A stretch of DNA of 64,000 nucleotides, taken from the IMG/VR virus record IMGVR_UViG_3300042326_002445, positions 124,001 to 188,000 of that record; one strand, given 5' to 3'. Under the pieces are notes generated by a model that was not told where the DNA came from, did not search any database, and saw nothing but the letters and a program-made list of their open reading frames with translations. Each line of letters starts with the position of its first letter. Position 1 is the first letter of the stretch. Positions 41,710 to 52,093 of this stretch are shown piece after piece. The position numbers were made by a program, and so were the translations under genes.

Positions 41710-42571
41710 AAACAAGCCTTGGATATTTTTAAACAAATCAGCTAAGTTATCTAACTCAAATTTTGAGTTAGGTTTTTGGCAAACTAATTTCATACAATTT
41801 ACCCATATCTGTTTAGTTGATGAATCAACAGATAGCTTTAGCGAAAATAACATTCATACAAGCATAGCAAGATTAGTTAATTCTAAAGATGCGAGTATGT
41901 TTAATTTTTTATGCTCCTTTCATTTTGGTGAATCTAAATTTCCACAAAATTCTTTTGAATTTTTTAAAATTAAAGATATTAAAAGAATTTGCGTTATAGT
42001 GAGTGACAAAATAAATGAAAGTCTTTACAGAGAAATATTGCTTGGGTTTTTTGACTTTATATTAGTTGATGAAGTAAGTGATCATTTTGGCGTAACTAAT
42101 GTTATAAGAAACATTAATCCATTCGTAAAAATTTTTGTGTATAAGAATTCAAGTTTAGATTTATTAGATCCAGTAAATAATAATTATAATATTATTGTGA
42201 ATAGTTCATCAAAAAATGATGTAGTTTTAAAGAATCAAATTAAACAACTTAATCTGAATGGGATTGAATGCGGTATAGAATGTTTAGAAAACTATCCAGT
42301 ACACAAATCTTCAAATGGATGGATAGTCCTCCCGCAAATGAGAGACAATAATGAGATTATAAGAAAATCAATTATTTTATATTCAAGTGGAGAAAAAGTG
42401 TTCGTTCCACAAGAAATATTTGATAATTTTCACTACGGGATACCTTATAAATCTTTTAGAGAGATAAATGATTTGTCGATATATAATAAGTCAGATGACA
42501 AATGTGTTTTTGAATGTATTGCGCCATCAGATTTTGTAATAAAAATACTTTCTATTATTCATGGGAGTTAG
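41702..42571 (+). CDS. hypothetical protein
   Basis: 289-aa ORF overlapping its neighbours. Confidence 0.65.
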   Translation: MRRNKPWIFLNKSAKLSNSNFELGFWQTNFIQFTHICLVDESTDSFSENNIHTSIARLVNSKDASMFNFLCSFHFGESKFPQNSFEFFKIKDIKRICVIVSDKINESLYREILLGFFDFILVDEVSDHFGVTNVIRNINPFVKIFVYKNSSLDLLDPVNNNYNIIVNSSSKNDVVLKNQIKQLNLNGIECGIECLENYPVHKSSNGWIVLPQMRDNNEIIRKSIILYSSGEKVFVPQEIFDNFHYGIPYKSFREINDLSIYNKSDDKCVFECIAPSDFVIKILSIIHGS

Positions 42572-43454
42572 TATGAGAGAGATAATTTGGTCAGTTTGTA
42601 GTGGAGACTCATGTTTGGCATTGCAGGGCTTTGTGCGTTCTTTAAGAGCTGCTGGTAATCAAAATGAATTTGTAGTATGGTCAGATTTTGAAATTGCAGG
42701 AGCTACAAGCATTCCAATCGATCAATCAATCAAGCTTGACTTTTTTGGAATGTGGAAGTTTGAATACCTTTCAAAACTTCACTCAATGCATCCAGATGCT
42801 CTTTTAGCATATTTTGGTCCTAATCATTATATGGTTTACAATTTTACTAACTCTTTGAGTGAGTTGATGGGCGATGAACATTGTTTATCATTCTTAGAAT
42901 CTAATTTGATGGGCGACAACTTGCAAAGACAAGAGTGGAATGAAATAAATGTTCTTCAATTTTCTGACGCTGTAAGAAGCTTTGGCAATCTTTCTAATGA
43001 TTGTTACAATCTAAACGCAAACCATTTTATGGTTCGTCCAAATTTTGTAAATGACTTTTACTCTATGACTAAGCTTGCTTCTGATCACTTAAGAAAAAGA
43101 AATATGAAAGTAAATGATGAACTTGTTCTTTCTGTCATAATGAATACAAATATGCAAGATAAAAATAAGTATTTAATTTCAAATAATTCAGATACATACG
43201 GGATAGATGTGACTGGAGTGTTTACAGATAAACTTCCAGACGGCACAGCATGGACATCGGAAGACTATTTTACTGGAGTAAAGTCTCAGGTCAATCCTAA
43301 ACTTATATTCTGCCCTTTTAATAAGCACAATATAAAAAATATAGGTAGACAGCATCTTGGCAAGAGAATATCTAATATTGCTACTGGTCAGCCCGTAAAT
43401 AAGGGCTGCGGAGCATGTCAGCGCTCAAAGCCTCCAGTCAAAGAGGTGCAGTGA
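42561..43454 (+). CDS. GT-A-like protein lacking a clear DxD, with C-terminal GCGACQR motif
   Basis: IIWSVCSGD...FVRSLRAAG...FVVWSD...KFEYL resembles nucleotide-diphospho-sugar transferase N-termini; YFGPN occupies the DxD position. Confidence 0.5.
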   Translation: MGVSMREIIWSVCSGDSCLALQGFVRSLRAAGNQNEFVVWSDFEIAGATSIPIDQSIKLDFFGMWKFEYLSKLHSMHPDALLAYFGPNHYMVYNFTNSLSELMGDEHCLSFLESNLMGDNLQRQEWNEINVLQFSDAVRSFGNLSNDCYNLNANHFMVRPNFVNDFYSMTKLASDHLRKRNMKVNDELVLSVIMNTNMQDKNKYLISNNSDTYGIDVTGVFTDKLPDGTAWTSEDYFTGVKSQVNPKLIFCPFNKHNIKNIGRQHLGKRISNIATGQPVNKGCGACQRSKPPVKEVQ

Positions 43455-43494
43455 TAAGAAAATTGGTATTATCTTGTAATAGGAGAATGACTAT

Positions 43495-43854
43495 ATGCTT
43501 ATTAAAAGTTTTCTTACAATACAAAACCAATTAAGAATTTTACACTGGCAAACAACTTCATATGCCCAGCACAAGGCCCTTGGGTCTGCTTACGAAGACC
43601 TAGATGAACTTGTAGACGACTTTATTGAGATATTTGCTGGTGGCGATAGGTCTATCTTGGAGGTAGGATCTTTTGAGTGTAAGTGTCACTCAATTGATTC
43701 CATATCTCCCTTAGACTTTATGAGTAGTGTAGAGAAGTTTGTTTCTGAAAGTCTTTCTGACGCTATCCCAGAGCATCGTTCCGATCTTCACAACATTAAA
43801 GATGAGATGCTGGCTGTGGTTAACAAAACTAAGTATTTGCTCAATTTAAAATAA
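43495..43854 (+). CDS. ferritin/Dps-like four-helix protein (DUF5856-type, common in phages)
   Basis: QLRILHWQT.SYAQHKALG..YEDLDELVDDFIE...NIKDEML..VNKTKYLL; SD AGGAG. Confidence 0.8.
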   Translation: MLIKSFLTIQNQLRILHWQTTSYAQHKALGSAYEDLDELVDDFIEIFAGGDRSILEVGSFECKCHSIDSISPLDFMSSVEKFVSESLSDAIPEHRSDLHNIKDEMLAVVNKTKYLLNLK

Positions 43855-43952
43855 TTTATGTGCATAGAACGAGAAAACAACGAAAATTTACCAAGAGATT
43901 TTGCTATTCCGGTCATTGACAGCCACTCTTCGGATATAGATATAGAAGACTA

Positions 43953-44039
43953 GGACAGATGTCCGAGTGGTTGAAGGAGCAGCATTGGAAATGCTGTTTA
44001 CGGGAAACCGTAACGTGGGTTCGAATCCCACTCTGTCCG
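43953..44039 (+). tRNA. tRNA-Ser(GGA), CCA not encoded
   Basis: Acceptor GGACAGA/TCTGTCC, anticodon arm CAGCA-TTGGAAA-TGCTG, long variable arm, T-arm GTGGG-TTCGAAT-CCCAC, discriminator G. Confidence 0.95.
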
Positions 44040-44052
44040 CTATGGAGTTTCT

Positions 44053-44256
44053 ATGACCAGGAAAAGTACGATTTCTGCTTTATCAAAACTGGAAGTTCAT
44101 TTGGTTGATAAAAGTGACTATCAAATTAATTCCGATGAACTTTATTTTTTGCCCATTCCAGATGAAATTATTAATAATTTAAAATGGAATGATGGAGATG
44201 AATTGAAAATGTCTATCAAAGATGGTAAAATTATATTAGTTAAAAATAAGGTATAA
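44053..44256 (+). CDS. small protein with AbrB/MazE-like DNA-binding motif
   Basis: FLPIPDEIINNLKWNDGDELKM...GKIIL. Confidence 0.65.
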   Translation: MTRKSTISALSKLEVHLVDKSDYQINSDELYFLPIPDEIINNLKWNDGDELKMSIKDGKIILVKNKV

Positions 44257-44280
44257 GTCTGCTGCTATAGAATTAATAGT

Positions 44281-44607
44281 ATGCGCAGGATTTTTAGTTT
44301 AATAAAAGATTTTGTAAAAACAGCATCAACGTCTCATTCTGTTTCTAGATTCCAATCAGCAGTTTTAAAATCTGGCAAATCTAGTTCCTCAAGAAAAAGC
44401 TTAGAGGTTAAGCTGCACTACAAGCGCTCATCTGAATTAGTGTCAGTAGACGTTGACGAATATACGAAGTCTGGGCATAAACATCGCAAGTATGAACTAG
44501 AAAACATATCGCCAAGCAATTTTTCTAGATTAGAAAAAATGATATCAAAAGGCCAATGGGGAATGTTTTTTGCGGTAGTTAACAAACACAGGGTTAAAGA
44601 AGACTAA
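44281..44607 (+). CDS. hypothetical protein
   Basis: 108-aa ORF, N-terminus MRRIFSLIKDFVKTAS; convergent overlap with the helicase stop. Confidence 0.65.
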   Translation: MRRIFSLIKDFVKTASTSHSVSRFQSAVLKSGKSSSSRKSLEVKLHYKRSSELVSVDVDEYTKSGHKHRKYELENISPSNFSRLEKMISKGQWGMFFAVVNKHRVKED

Positions 44608-47114
44608 ATCTCAGCAAATGCATCTGGACTAGTTCCCCTTGACAAGTTTCTTATGCCGGAAAGATGCTTAATGGCGTCCCATTTTTCTTTTCTTATTCTT
44701 GCTAGCTGTTCTTTAGCATCAGTAGAAGTAGATTCTGCTGCTTTCTTTTCTGCTTCCGATAGTGTTTGAATCTTTTCAGCTATTTTCTTCTTTTCTTGTA
44801 GTAAGTTATAGAATTTTCTGTCTAGAGTGTTATCCGCAATCATATATGTCACATTGATTGATTTTCTTGAGCTTATTCTATAAAATCTTCCAAGAGACTG
44901 GTCGTCATCGCTTGGAGACCAATCAAAGTCATTGACAATTACGTCTGTAAGTATATTCGGAAAGTCTAATCCAGTTCCGCCTGCATCTATGCTTATTACT
45001 ATTGCCATATATTGTGAGGTAGGGTTTTTAAATTCGTTGATTAGATTCTGTCTTTCTGTTCTGTTCTGTCCACCGTATATGGCTGCTACTTGCTTATTCT
45101 GTCCAGGATACATAGCATCTAAATCTAGCTTCAAAAGTCTTTGTATCTCTTTTAAAGAATCTGCGTGAGCTGTAAATATACCAACTTTATTACCTCTTTC
45201 CATGATAGAAATTGCATAAGCCACAGTATTTGGTACTTTGCTCATTGCAATTTTCTCTCTTATCTTACTCATTTCTTGAGCAGATGGTCTTTCTCTATTC
45301 CTAACACCCTGCATGATTTCATCAATTTCGTCTGAAGAAAGAGAAATAGGACTTTCATTTACAGTCATTTCTGGTATGTTTGGATTAACTTCTTTTTTAC
45401 TTCTTCTTATATATATTCCCTGATCTGTTAATAAGTCTCTGATCATATCAGCTTTTTGCATTTTCTCTTCTTCATCATCTGAAGACTCAAACCTTCTTTT
45501 GAATTCTCCGTATTCCATGTTGCCTAGTCCATGATTTACTGCCTGTAGCTGATTAAGAAGATCTCTTGGCTTGTTTGCCACGATTGTTGCAGAAGCTCCC
45601 CATACAAACGGTATATATTTAGTAACTTCTTGAACGTTAAATGTTCTGTGACTGTTTCTATGCTTTAGGAAACCGTTCAGGTTTTTATCTTCTGGGTTCC
45701 CATTTTTAACCATGTGTATTTCGTCCAATATGCATACGGTAAATTTCTTTTGTTTTGCATAATTTATTAAAGTTTCCGTTACAATTTCTCTTAATGGTTT
45801 TTTTGATCCGTCTGGACTGGAGAAAAGTGAATCTTCTTCAAAAAGCTGATATGGTAACACAGTCCATCGTGATGGTGCTTGCCAATTTTCAGATATGTCA
45901 GCATCGCTAGCTCCAGTAATTTTTTGTATTTCTACTACAAGTTGTGGCACAACTGCATTTTTTGTTATAATCAAGCAGCCAGGTCCGCTTGTTTTCATTC
46001 TTATATCTGCTGCGACTATGCATTGAATCGTTTTTCCTACACCAACCTCATCTCCTAAAAGTGCACTTTGTCTGGAGTAAAGAAACTGTATCCCTTTTAC
46101 TTGAGCAGGAAAAAACTTTTTATCTTCTTCTGGGATATTCAAATTTCTAAAAAACATGTTCTCGTACTGAGATATTAAATCTGTAAATTCTTTATTTGTT
46201 TTAAATCCATCTAGCTGTCCATCTACTCTAGTCTTTTTGATCTTTTTGCTTCTAATCAATTCATCAATGAGAGCACCCATTGCAGCTGTATTAAAATCAT
46301 TTTTCTCAAGCATTTTTTGTAAATTTTTTAATTCTCTGAAGTCGCATCTTAAATAATATATTGTTCTCATACTTGTATTTATTTGCGCAACTTTGTATTG
46401 AGTATCTATGTTGTTTGCAGTGTCTGCTTTCTTGGGAAATAAAAATGTTATAACATCATCCATTTGTTTTGAAACGACAGAAGGGTCTCTGCTCCCCTGA
46501 TTGACGGTGATTTTTAATAACCAATTTGGATTATCCGAAATTTCTGCCAACACCATTGGATTAACGTAGCCTTCTTTATCTTCTGGTGAGCCATTAAGCA
46601 CAGGAGTTAATGGAGATGTTTCAAATCTGCTTGCTGCAAGAGCTTCCACAAATTGTCTCATTAGATTTTTAGTAACACTAGATATAACATATGTTGTGTC
46701 GCCAACTGGAGCAACTTTATTTTGGAATATTCTTTTTACTATACTGTAAAATATGGCGCTAAATTTGTCAGTATTTGTTCTCCTGTCTTGTGTTTTTATA
46801 GTAAGATCGCCAAATTTATCAAAAGATACAACTTTTATCATAGTATCTTCATTATTTCTTACAGATTGAGGCACGTCAAATACAGTTGTGTCATGAGCAT
46901 TTATACTTAATTCTGTTAGTATGTTTTCTATTGCCATTTTATATTGAAAATTAGACTGCATTGTCTTTCTAGACCCAAAAGACATTGTCATAATGAGAGG
47001 TATCTTTGCAGACGAAGCTTTATGGGCAAATCTACAAAATTCATTAGGAGTAATACCTATAAGGGTTACAAAAAGATTTCCTAATCTGTCGATATTAAAT
47101 GTGTAAGTGCTCAT
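44604..47114 (-). CDS. SNF2-family (SF2) helicase/ATPase with a long N-terminal extension
   Basis: LLGDEVGVGKT, LDEIH, SAT, DAGGTGLDF, QSLGRFYR. Confidence 0.9.
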   Translation of the reverse strand: MSTYTFNIDRLGNLFVTLIGITPNEFCRFAHKASSAKIPLIMTMSFGSRKTMQSNFQYKMAIENILTELSINAHDTTVFDVPQSVRNNEDTMIKVVSFDKFGDLTIKTQDRRTNTDKFSAIFYSIVKRIFQNKVAPVGDTTYVISSVTKNLMRQFVEALAASRFETSPLTPVLNGSPEDKEGYVNPMVLAEISDNPNWLLKITVNQGSRDPSVVSKQMDDVITFLFPKKADTANNIDTQYKVAQINTSMRTIYYLRCDFRELKNLQKMLEKNDFNTAAMGALIDELIRSKKIKKTRVDGQLDGFKTNKEFTDLISQYENMFFRNLNIPEEDKKFFPAQVKGIQFLYSRQSALLGDEVGVGKTIQCIVAADIRMKTSGPGCLIITKNAVVPQLVVEIQKITGASDADISENWQAPSRWTVLPYQLFEEDSLFSSPDGSKKPLREIVTETLINYAKQKKFTVCILDEIHMVKNGNPEDKNLNGFLKHRNSHRTFNVQEVTKYIPFVWGASATIVANKPRDLLNQLQAVNHGLGNMEYGEFKRRFESSDDEEEKMQKADMIRDLLTDQGIYIRRSKKEVNPNIPEMTVNESPISLSSDEIDEIMQGVRNRERPSAQEMSKIREKIAMSKVPNTVAYAISIMERGNKVGIFTAHADSLKEIQRLLKLDLDAMYPGQNKQVAAIYGGQNRTERQNLINEFKNPTSQYMAIVISIDAGGTGLDFPNILTDVIVNDFDWSPSDDDQSLGRFYRISSRKSINVTYMIADNTLDRKFYNLLQEKKKIAEKIQTLSEAEKKAAESTSTDAKEQLARIRKEKWDAIKHLSGIRNLSRGTSPDAFAEI

Positions 47115-47143
47115 TATTTATATTTTTCGAGGACTTTTGGTCC

Positions 47144-47902
47144 ATGACCTCCATGTTTACTCTTTTAACAGCAAGTTATAATAATATTTCGTATCTTGAG
47201 CAGTGGATGCACAGTGTTTTATCTCAAGATTATAGACCTTTACGTGTTTCTTTCGTTGATGATTGCAGCAATGATGGGACTGACGTGAATTTTCATAAAT
47301 ATGCACAAAAATTAGCAAATCAAGACATACAAGTAGAATACGTAAAAAATAGCAAAAGACTTTTTTATGGAAATTGTCTAAAGATCGCTTATGACATGTC
47401 AAAGGGAGATTTTTTTGGCTGTTTAGACGCAGATGATGGCTTAACCTCAGACGCCGTCTCTTCCGTAATGGAACAATATTTAAAATATCCGCATATTGGT
47501 TACGTGTATACTCAGTTTAAAATGTGCGACATCAATCTTAATCCTACGAAAAGAGGTTTTAGTTCATGTCCACCTATGGGTAGCAGTCTTTTAAATGAGG
47601 GCAAAAGGAATAAACATTGTTATAGTCATTTTAGAACTTTTTCTAATAGGGTAGAAAGATTGGAAAAAATATGGGCAAAAGATATGAGGTGCGCTGTTGA
47701 TAAATACATGGGATATCGTCTTGAGGAGCTCGCAGACGGCCTGTTTCTCGACAAAGAGTGTTATCTGTGGAGGACTGGCAGAAAAGACTCCATAGGACAT
47801 ACAGAGCCATCTAGGGCTCAGTGGACAAAGGTTATGATTGAAGCCCGTAAGAGACGCACTATGTGGAAATTAAGTCCAAGACCAATCATTCATATAAAAT
47901 GA
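47144..47902 (+). CDS. GT2 glycosyltransferase
   Basis: TLLTASYNN...VDDCSNDGT...GCLDADD. Confidence 0.9.
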   Translation: MTSMFTLLTASYNNISYLEQWMHSVLSQDYRPLRVSFVDDCSNDGTDVNFHKYAQKLANQDIQVEYVKNSKRLFYGNCLKIAYDMSKGDFFGCLDADDGLTSDAVSSVMEQYLKYPHIGYVYTQFKMCDINLNPTKRGFSSCPPMGSSLLNEGKRNKHCYSHFRTFSNRVERLEKIWAKDMRCAVDKYMGYRLEELADGLFLDKECYLWRTGRKDSIGHTEPSRAQWTKVMIEARKRRTMWKLSPRPIIHIK

Positions 47903-50259
47903 AAATATCTGTTGTCACTACACTTTTTAATTATAAATCATACATTGTAGACTGCATAAAAAGTGTAGTGACGCAAGATTTTTATGATTTAGAAATGATT
48001 GTTGTAGATGACGGATCAACTGACGGGGGTCCAGAGTGTGTTGAAAGAAAATTTGCAGAAGACTCAAGAGTAAAGCTGGTCCGTTTAAACAAAAATTATG
48101 GCTATTCAGTTGCCAAAAATGTTGGGATATCCATGTCTTCTGGAAGCTTTATATGCATGCTTGATGCAGACGACATGCTTATGCCCAGTTCGCTTTCAAA
48201 AAGATATAATAAGATTCTAGAAGGTTTCGACTTAGTGCATGGATGGGCTTACAACTTTCATAAAAATAAACGTTGGGAAAATGATTTAAGAAAAAAATGG
48301 ATTGAAAATAAAAAACCAGTGTTTCAATGGAAGAATATCCACCCACAATGCGTTCTTCTTAAAAAAGATTTGCATAATTCTATAGGCTTGTATGATGAAG
48401 ATCTAAAATGCAAGAGTGACAGAGAAATGTGGGCTAGAATATTTAACCACGGGTTTAAAATTGGTTTTATAGATGAACCTGTTGCTCTTTATAGGCAACA
48501 TCCATCTCAGATGCATAAAAGCCCGTGGAAAATAAAGAATAATAAGCGTTTAGCAAGCGAGCTTTTGAGTCTTGTCGAAATAAGAAAGAGCGATATATCA
48601 GAATGCCAAATGCTATCTAATTATAATTGGAAAGATAAAATATTGAGCAAGCAAAAGTTAAATAATTCAGAAGCTGAGCCGATGGCTAGGGAAAATCCAG
48701 CATTGTTGTATGGAGAAGATTTTTTTTCTAAAAGAACTTCTAACAAGCATGATTGGGGCCTTGAGATGGGAAAGTATTTGTCAATGAAGTTGAATCTTTC
48801 GTCTGTTATAGATTGGGGATGTGGTATTGGATCTTTAATTTCTGGTGCAAAATTACAAGGTGTGGAAAAATTGCTTGGAGTAGAGGTTGGTTATGATGCG
48901 GCAAAGCCATATCTTGTTGAAAACGTAAAAGATAATATTGTGTACGGAAATGCTGCGCACAAATGCGATTTCGGCAAATTTGACGCAGCAGTATCTATAG
49001 AGGTAGCCGAACACTTATTGCCAGAACAGGCTGATGTTTTTTGTGATAATTTAGCTAATAGCTCTTCAAGAATTATTGTTATTACTGCTGCAAGACCAGG
49101 ACAAGAAGGTGTTTATCATTTTAATTGTCAACCAAAAGAATATTGGATAAATAAGATACAAAAGCTTGGATTCACATACAGGCAAGATTTGTCGGATAAG
49201 ATATCAAAGGGATGGAGAGAAAATGTCCCTGGGATTCCTTCGTATCTCACTCAAAATGTTATGGTATTTAAAATAGATTCTAAATGTCCAGATGATATAA
49301 AAAAAAAGAACATACATATAGGCAAATCAGCTGACATTATTAAAGTTAGTTTTGATCTTCCAGATAATGACTCTAGTGGCAAGCATAAATTTTTTCAAAG
49401 AGTAAGAGAGAATCTTCACTTTTTTAACTGCAAACCAGTTGGTTCTGCTGAAAAATCAGATATACATTTTTATATAAATAATCCAAGTAAAAAGTCTGTA
49501 GTTAACATTAAAAGATTAGATGGCGTATATTTTGATGGGACAAATAGTACAAAAGTAAAAAATTCTGGCATACTTAATTCTATGAAAATTGCAGATGGAA
49601 TAGTATTTCAAAGTCAATACTGTAAGGATTACGGTTGTAAAATACTTAATTTTAATTCGCATAAACCTAATGCGGTTATATACAACGGTTGTGACCCGAG
49701 TGAATTTACGGTTGCTCCAAAAGAAATTGGATGTCCATATTTCTTAGCTTTATGTAAATGGCGTCGTCACAAAAGACTACGGGAATCTGTTGATGGCTTT
49801 ATAAAAGCTAATATTGATGGTGTTAAACTTGTTGTGTGTGGACCCCCAGACTACAGAGTTGACCATCCTGGAGTTATATATGCTGGAGATTTGAACAGAT
49901 CTGATTTAGCACGGTATATCGCTGGATGTATTGGTACAGTGCACCTTGCATGGATAGATTGGTGTCCCAATTCTGTTGTAGAAAGCATAGTCGCTGGAAA
50001 ACAGGTAATACATACTAATTCTGGCGGAACATCAGAAATAGTAAAAAATAGGGGATATATGGTTTCTGATACTGTTTGGCATGGAGAGCAGGCGAGTCCT
50101 AAGAATCCACCGCAAATCAATTTAGACGAAATCGCATTGGCATACATAAAGAGTTATCGCAATCCAATAATAAATTTTAATTATAATGATTTATTGATAT
50201 CTAATTCAGTAAAGCAGTATATAGAATTTGGAATTTCCGTACTCAGGAGTAAAAAGTGA
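47899..50259 (+). CDS. three-domain fusion: GT2 + class I SAM methyltransferase + GT4 (GT-B)
   Basis: N: VVDDGSTD...MLDADD. Middle: VIDWGCGIG...SIEVAEHL. C: VIYNGCD...WCPNSVVESIVAGK.VIHTNSGGTSE. ATGA overlap at 47899. Confidence 0.85.
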   Translation: MKISVVTTLFNYKSYIVDCIKSVVTQDFYDLEMIVVDDGSTDGGPECVERKFAEDSRVKLVRLNKNYGYSVAKNVGISMSSGSFICMLDADDMLMPSSLSKRYNKILEGFDLVHGWAYNFHKNKRWENDLRKKWIENKKPVFQWKNIHPQCVLLKKDLHNSIGLYDEDLKCKSDREMWARIFNHGFKIGFIDEPVALYRQHPSQMHKSPWKIKNNKRLASELLSLVEIRKSDISECQMLSNYNWKDKILSKQKLNNSEAEPMARENPALLYGEDFFSKRTSNKHDWGLEMGKYLSMKLNLSSVIDWGCGIGSLISGAKLQGVEKLLGVEVGYDAAKPYLVENVKDNIVYGNAAHKCDFGKFDAAVSIEVAEHLLPEQADVFCDNLANSSSRIIVITAARPGQEGVYHFNCQPKEYWINKIQKLGFTYRQDLSDKISKGWRENVPGIPSYLTQNVMVFKIDSKCPDDIKKKNIHIGKSADIIKVSFDLPDNDSSGKHKFFQRVRENLHFFNCKPVGSAEKSDIHFYINNPSKKSVVNIKRLDGVYFDGTNSTKVKNSGILNSMKIADGIVFQSQYCKDYGCKILNFNSHKPNAVIYNGCDPSEFTVAPKEIGCPYFLALCKWRRHKRLRESVDGFIKANIDGVKLVVCGPPDYRVDHPGVIYAGDLNRSDLARYIAGCIGTVHLAWIDWCPNSVVESIVAGKQVIHTNSGGTSEIVKNRGYMVSDTVWHGEQASPKNPPQINLDEIALAYIKSYRNPIINFNYNDLLISNSVKQYIEFGISVLRSKK

Positions 50260-51197
50260 TTAGTCATGTGATATTGCATTATAACAGACCTTGGCTTCTC
50301 AAAGCTCATATAGATTTAATTAGACATTTTTGTCCGTCTGTTTCTGAAATAATAATAGCTGATGATGGATCTGACAGTAGAGTTATTAACTATATAAGCA
50401 AGATAGGAGCAAATGATGTCTATGTGCAAAAGAATCACTTGCATGAATGGGACAAAAGTTCTGCTTCTAATACTCTCATTAATAGTATTAAAAGATGCAA
50501 AAATAAATATATAAGTTTTTCCGAAGACGATTTTTTTGTTTGCCCAAGCGGGATAGATGACAGCTCTTTTTACAATAACGGAGAGTATCCCAGTGGAAAG
50601 ATTTCAGGTGGTTGCGATCCGTTAGAAGATTGTCTATTTCTTTTCAAGAATCAAAGAGCAATCATAATTCAGCCTTCCAGAGATGCAAATGGATGGAAAG
50701 GAGTTCCATGTACTGGAAAAACCAGGGCAAATAAGTCTACTTGGTGCCAAATTGATCACGAAAAGAAGAAAAGATTTTATTATAGTAATTGGCCTTGGGT
50801 TATGCAGTATCAAGTGGCAAAGCACTTAGATATTCCAAGAGATTCTGGCATGTGGAGAGTCGAAAGTCATTTAAATAAGTGGATGACTAAGAATTTTGGA
50901 AATGGTAATTGGAATTGGTGTGCTCAAAAAAGAATGTTCATTCACGTTGGTCTGCCTTTTTCTAAAAAAGATATGAGATATTCAGATAATACTGAAAAGT
51001 CTATGATTAGAAATGAGCAGTCAAAAGCATTTGCCGACTCTATAGGTCATAAGCAAAATTTTGAAAATATTAATGATTTTAATAATATTTTTTTAGAAAA
51101 ATGGCTTGAAAAGAAAAGCGAAATTTTAGTCCAATCTCTTTCAGAAAATGGCATAAAGAACACTTTTGAAAGGTTCGCAACCGAGGTTATGTCGTGA
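50256..51197 (+). CDS. GT2-like glycosyltransferase
   Basis: ILHYNRP...IADDGSD...FSEDD; GTG start. Confidence 0.7.
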   Translation: MISHVILHYNRPWLLKAHIDLIRHFCPSVSEIIIADDGSDSRVINYISKIGANDVYVQKNHLHEWDKSSASNTLINSIKRCKNKYISFSEDDFFVCPSGIDDSSFYNNGEYPSGKISGGCDPLEDCLFLFKNQRAIIIQPSRDANGWKGVPCTGKTRANKSTWCQIDHEKKKRFYYSNWPWVMQYQVAKHLDIPRDSGMWRVESHLNKWMTKNFGNGNWNWCAQKRMFIHVGLPFSKKDMRYSDNTEKSMIRNEQSKAFADSIGHKQNFENINDFNNIFLEKWLEKKSEILVQSLSENGIKNTFERFATEVMS

Positions 51198-52093
51198 AGA
51201 TAGATTATATTGTTTTACATTGGAATAGGCCTTATTTTGCAGAAATTAATGTAAAATTGGCAAAGCTTTATTTCCCTTTCATTAGAAATTTTATACTTCT
51301 TGACGATGGCTCAGAACCAAATTGTATTGAAATTTTAAAGAAAGAATTTACTGAAGTAATAACGAGTAAAAATAATAAAAATGAGTGGAAAAACGGCAGT
51401 GTTGGTTATTTGTTGGAAAATTTTTTTACACAATCAGATGCGGACTTTATAATATTTACAGAAGATGATTTTTTACCGTGTTTGAATTATTTTGATGATT
51501 CAGAAACAGAAAACACTCTAATATCTCCTGATGTCCTGTTTAAACAGTGTGTGGTTGCAGAGAATTTAGAAACACATATACACAACATAGGCAGTCCTTT
51601 TTTCTATTTAAATTTAGGAAAATCTAATTATGGATGGAAGTCTTTAGACGCATACGAGTACAATGATAATTTTTTAAGAGTAATTCCGCATAAAGAAAAA
51701 AGAATTTATAGCAATTGGCCTTGGATAATGGGTAAAAATGTGTTTAAAAAAGCTATGAAAAATTTGAAAGATGCACCCATTTGGCAAATAGAAAATATAA
51801 TTGACGGTAACATGAAAAAAATATCTAGAGTTAAGCCTTTGTGTGTAAAGCAAAAAATGTTTATACATGCTGGCTTCATATGCACAACGAGAAAAGACGC
51901 ATTTTCTCAAATAGGCAAATTTAATAAAAATAGACTCACTAGTGCTAGTAACTTTACTGGAGAGTCTCAGACTAGTCTAGATGCTTTGCGTAGTGAATAT
52001 TTATCTAAATATTTTTCTGGAAAAAGAATAAGCATGGAAGATCTTTTTACAAAAGGACTTCATCATGCTTTGAAAAATTTTATCACTTCATAG
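51194..52093 (+). CDS. GT2-like glycosyltransferase, paralog of the upstream gene
   Basis: VLHWNRP...LLDDGSE...FTEDD; shares YSNWPW and MFIH.G with the upstream ORF. Confidence 0.7.
   Translation: MKIDYIVLHWNRPYFAEINVKLAKLYFPFIRNFILLDDGSEPNCIEILKKEFTEVITSKNNKNEWKNGSVGYLLENFFTQSDADFIIFTEDDFLPCLNYFDDSETENTLISPDVLFKQCVVAENLETHIHNIGSPFFYLNLGKSNYGWKSLDAYEYNDNFLRVIPHKEKRIYSNWPWIMGKNVFKKAMKNLKDAPIWQIENIIDGNMKKISRVKPLCVKQKMFIHAGFICTTRKDAFSQIGKFNKNRLTSASNFTGESQTSLDALRSEYLSKYFSGKRISMEDLFTKGLHHALKNFITS

Noticed and set aside
43858-43953. 31-codon ORF before tRNA-Ser
   Set aside because: No SD or motif, it overlaps the putative tRNA promoter region, and it is too short to support.
47115-47122. T4-type late promoter TATAAATA (minus strand) before the helicase
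   Set aside because: A single convincing instance abutting the ATG in AT-rich DNA; not distinguishable from chance.
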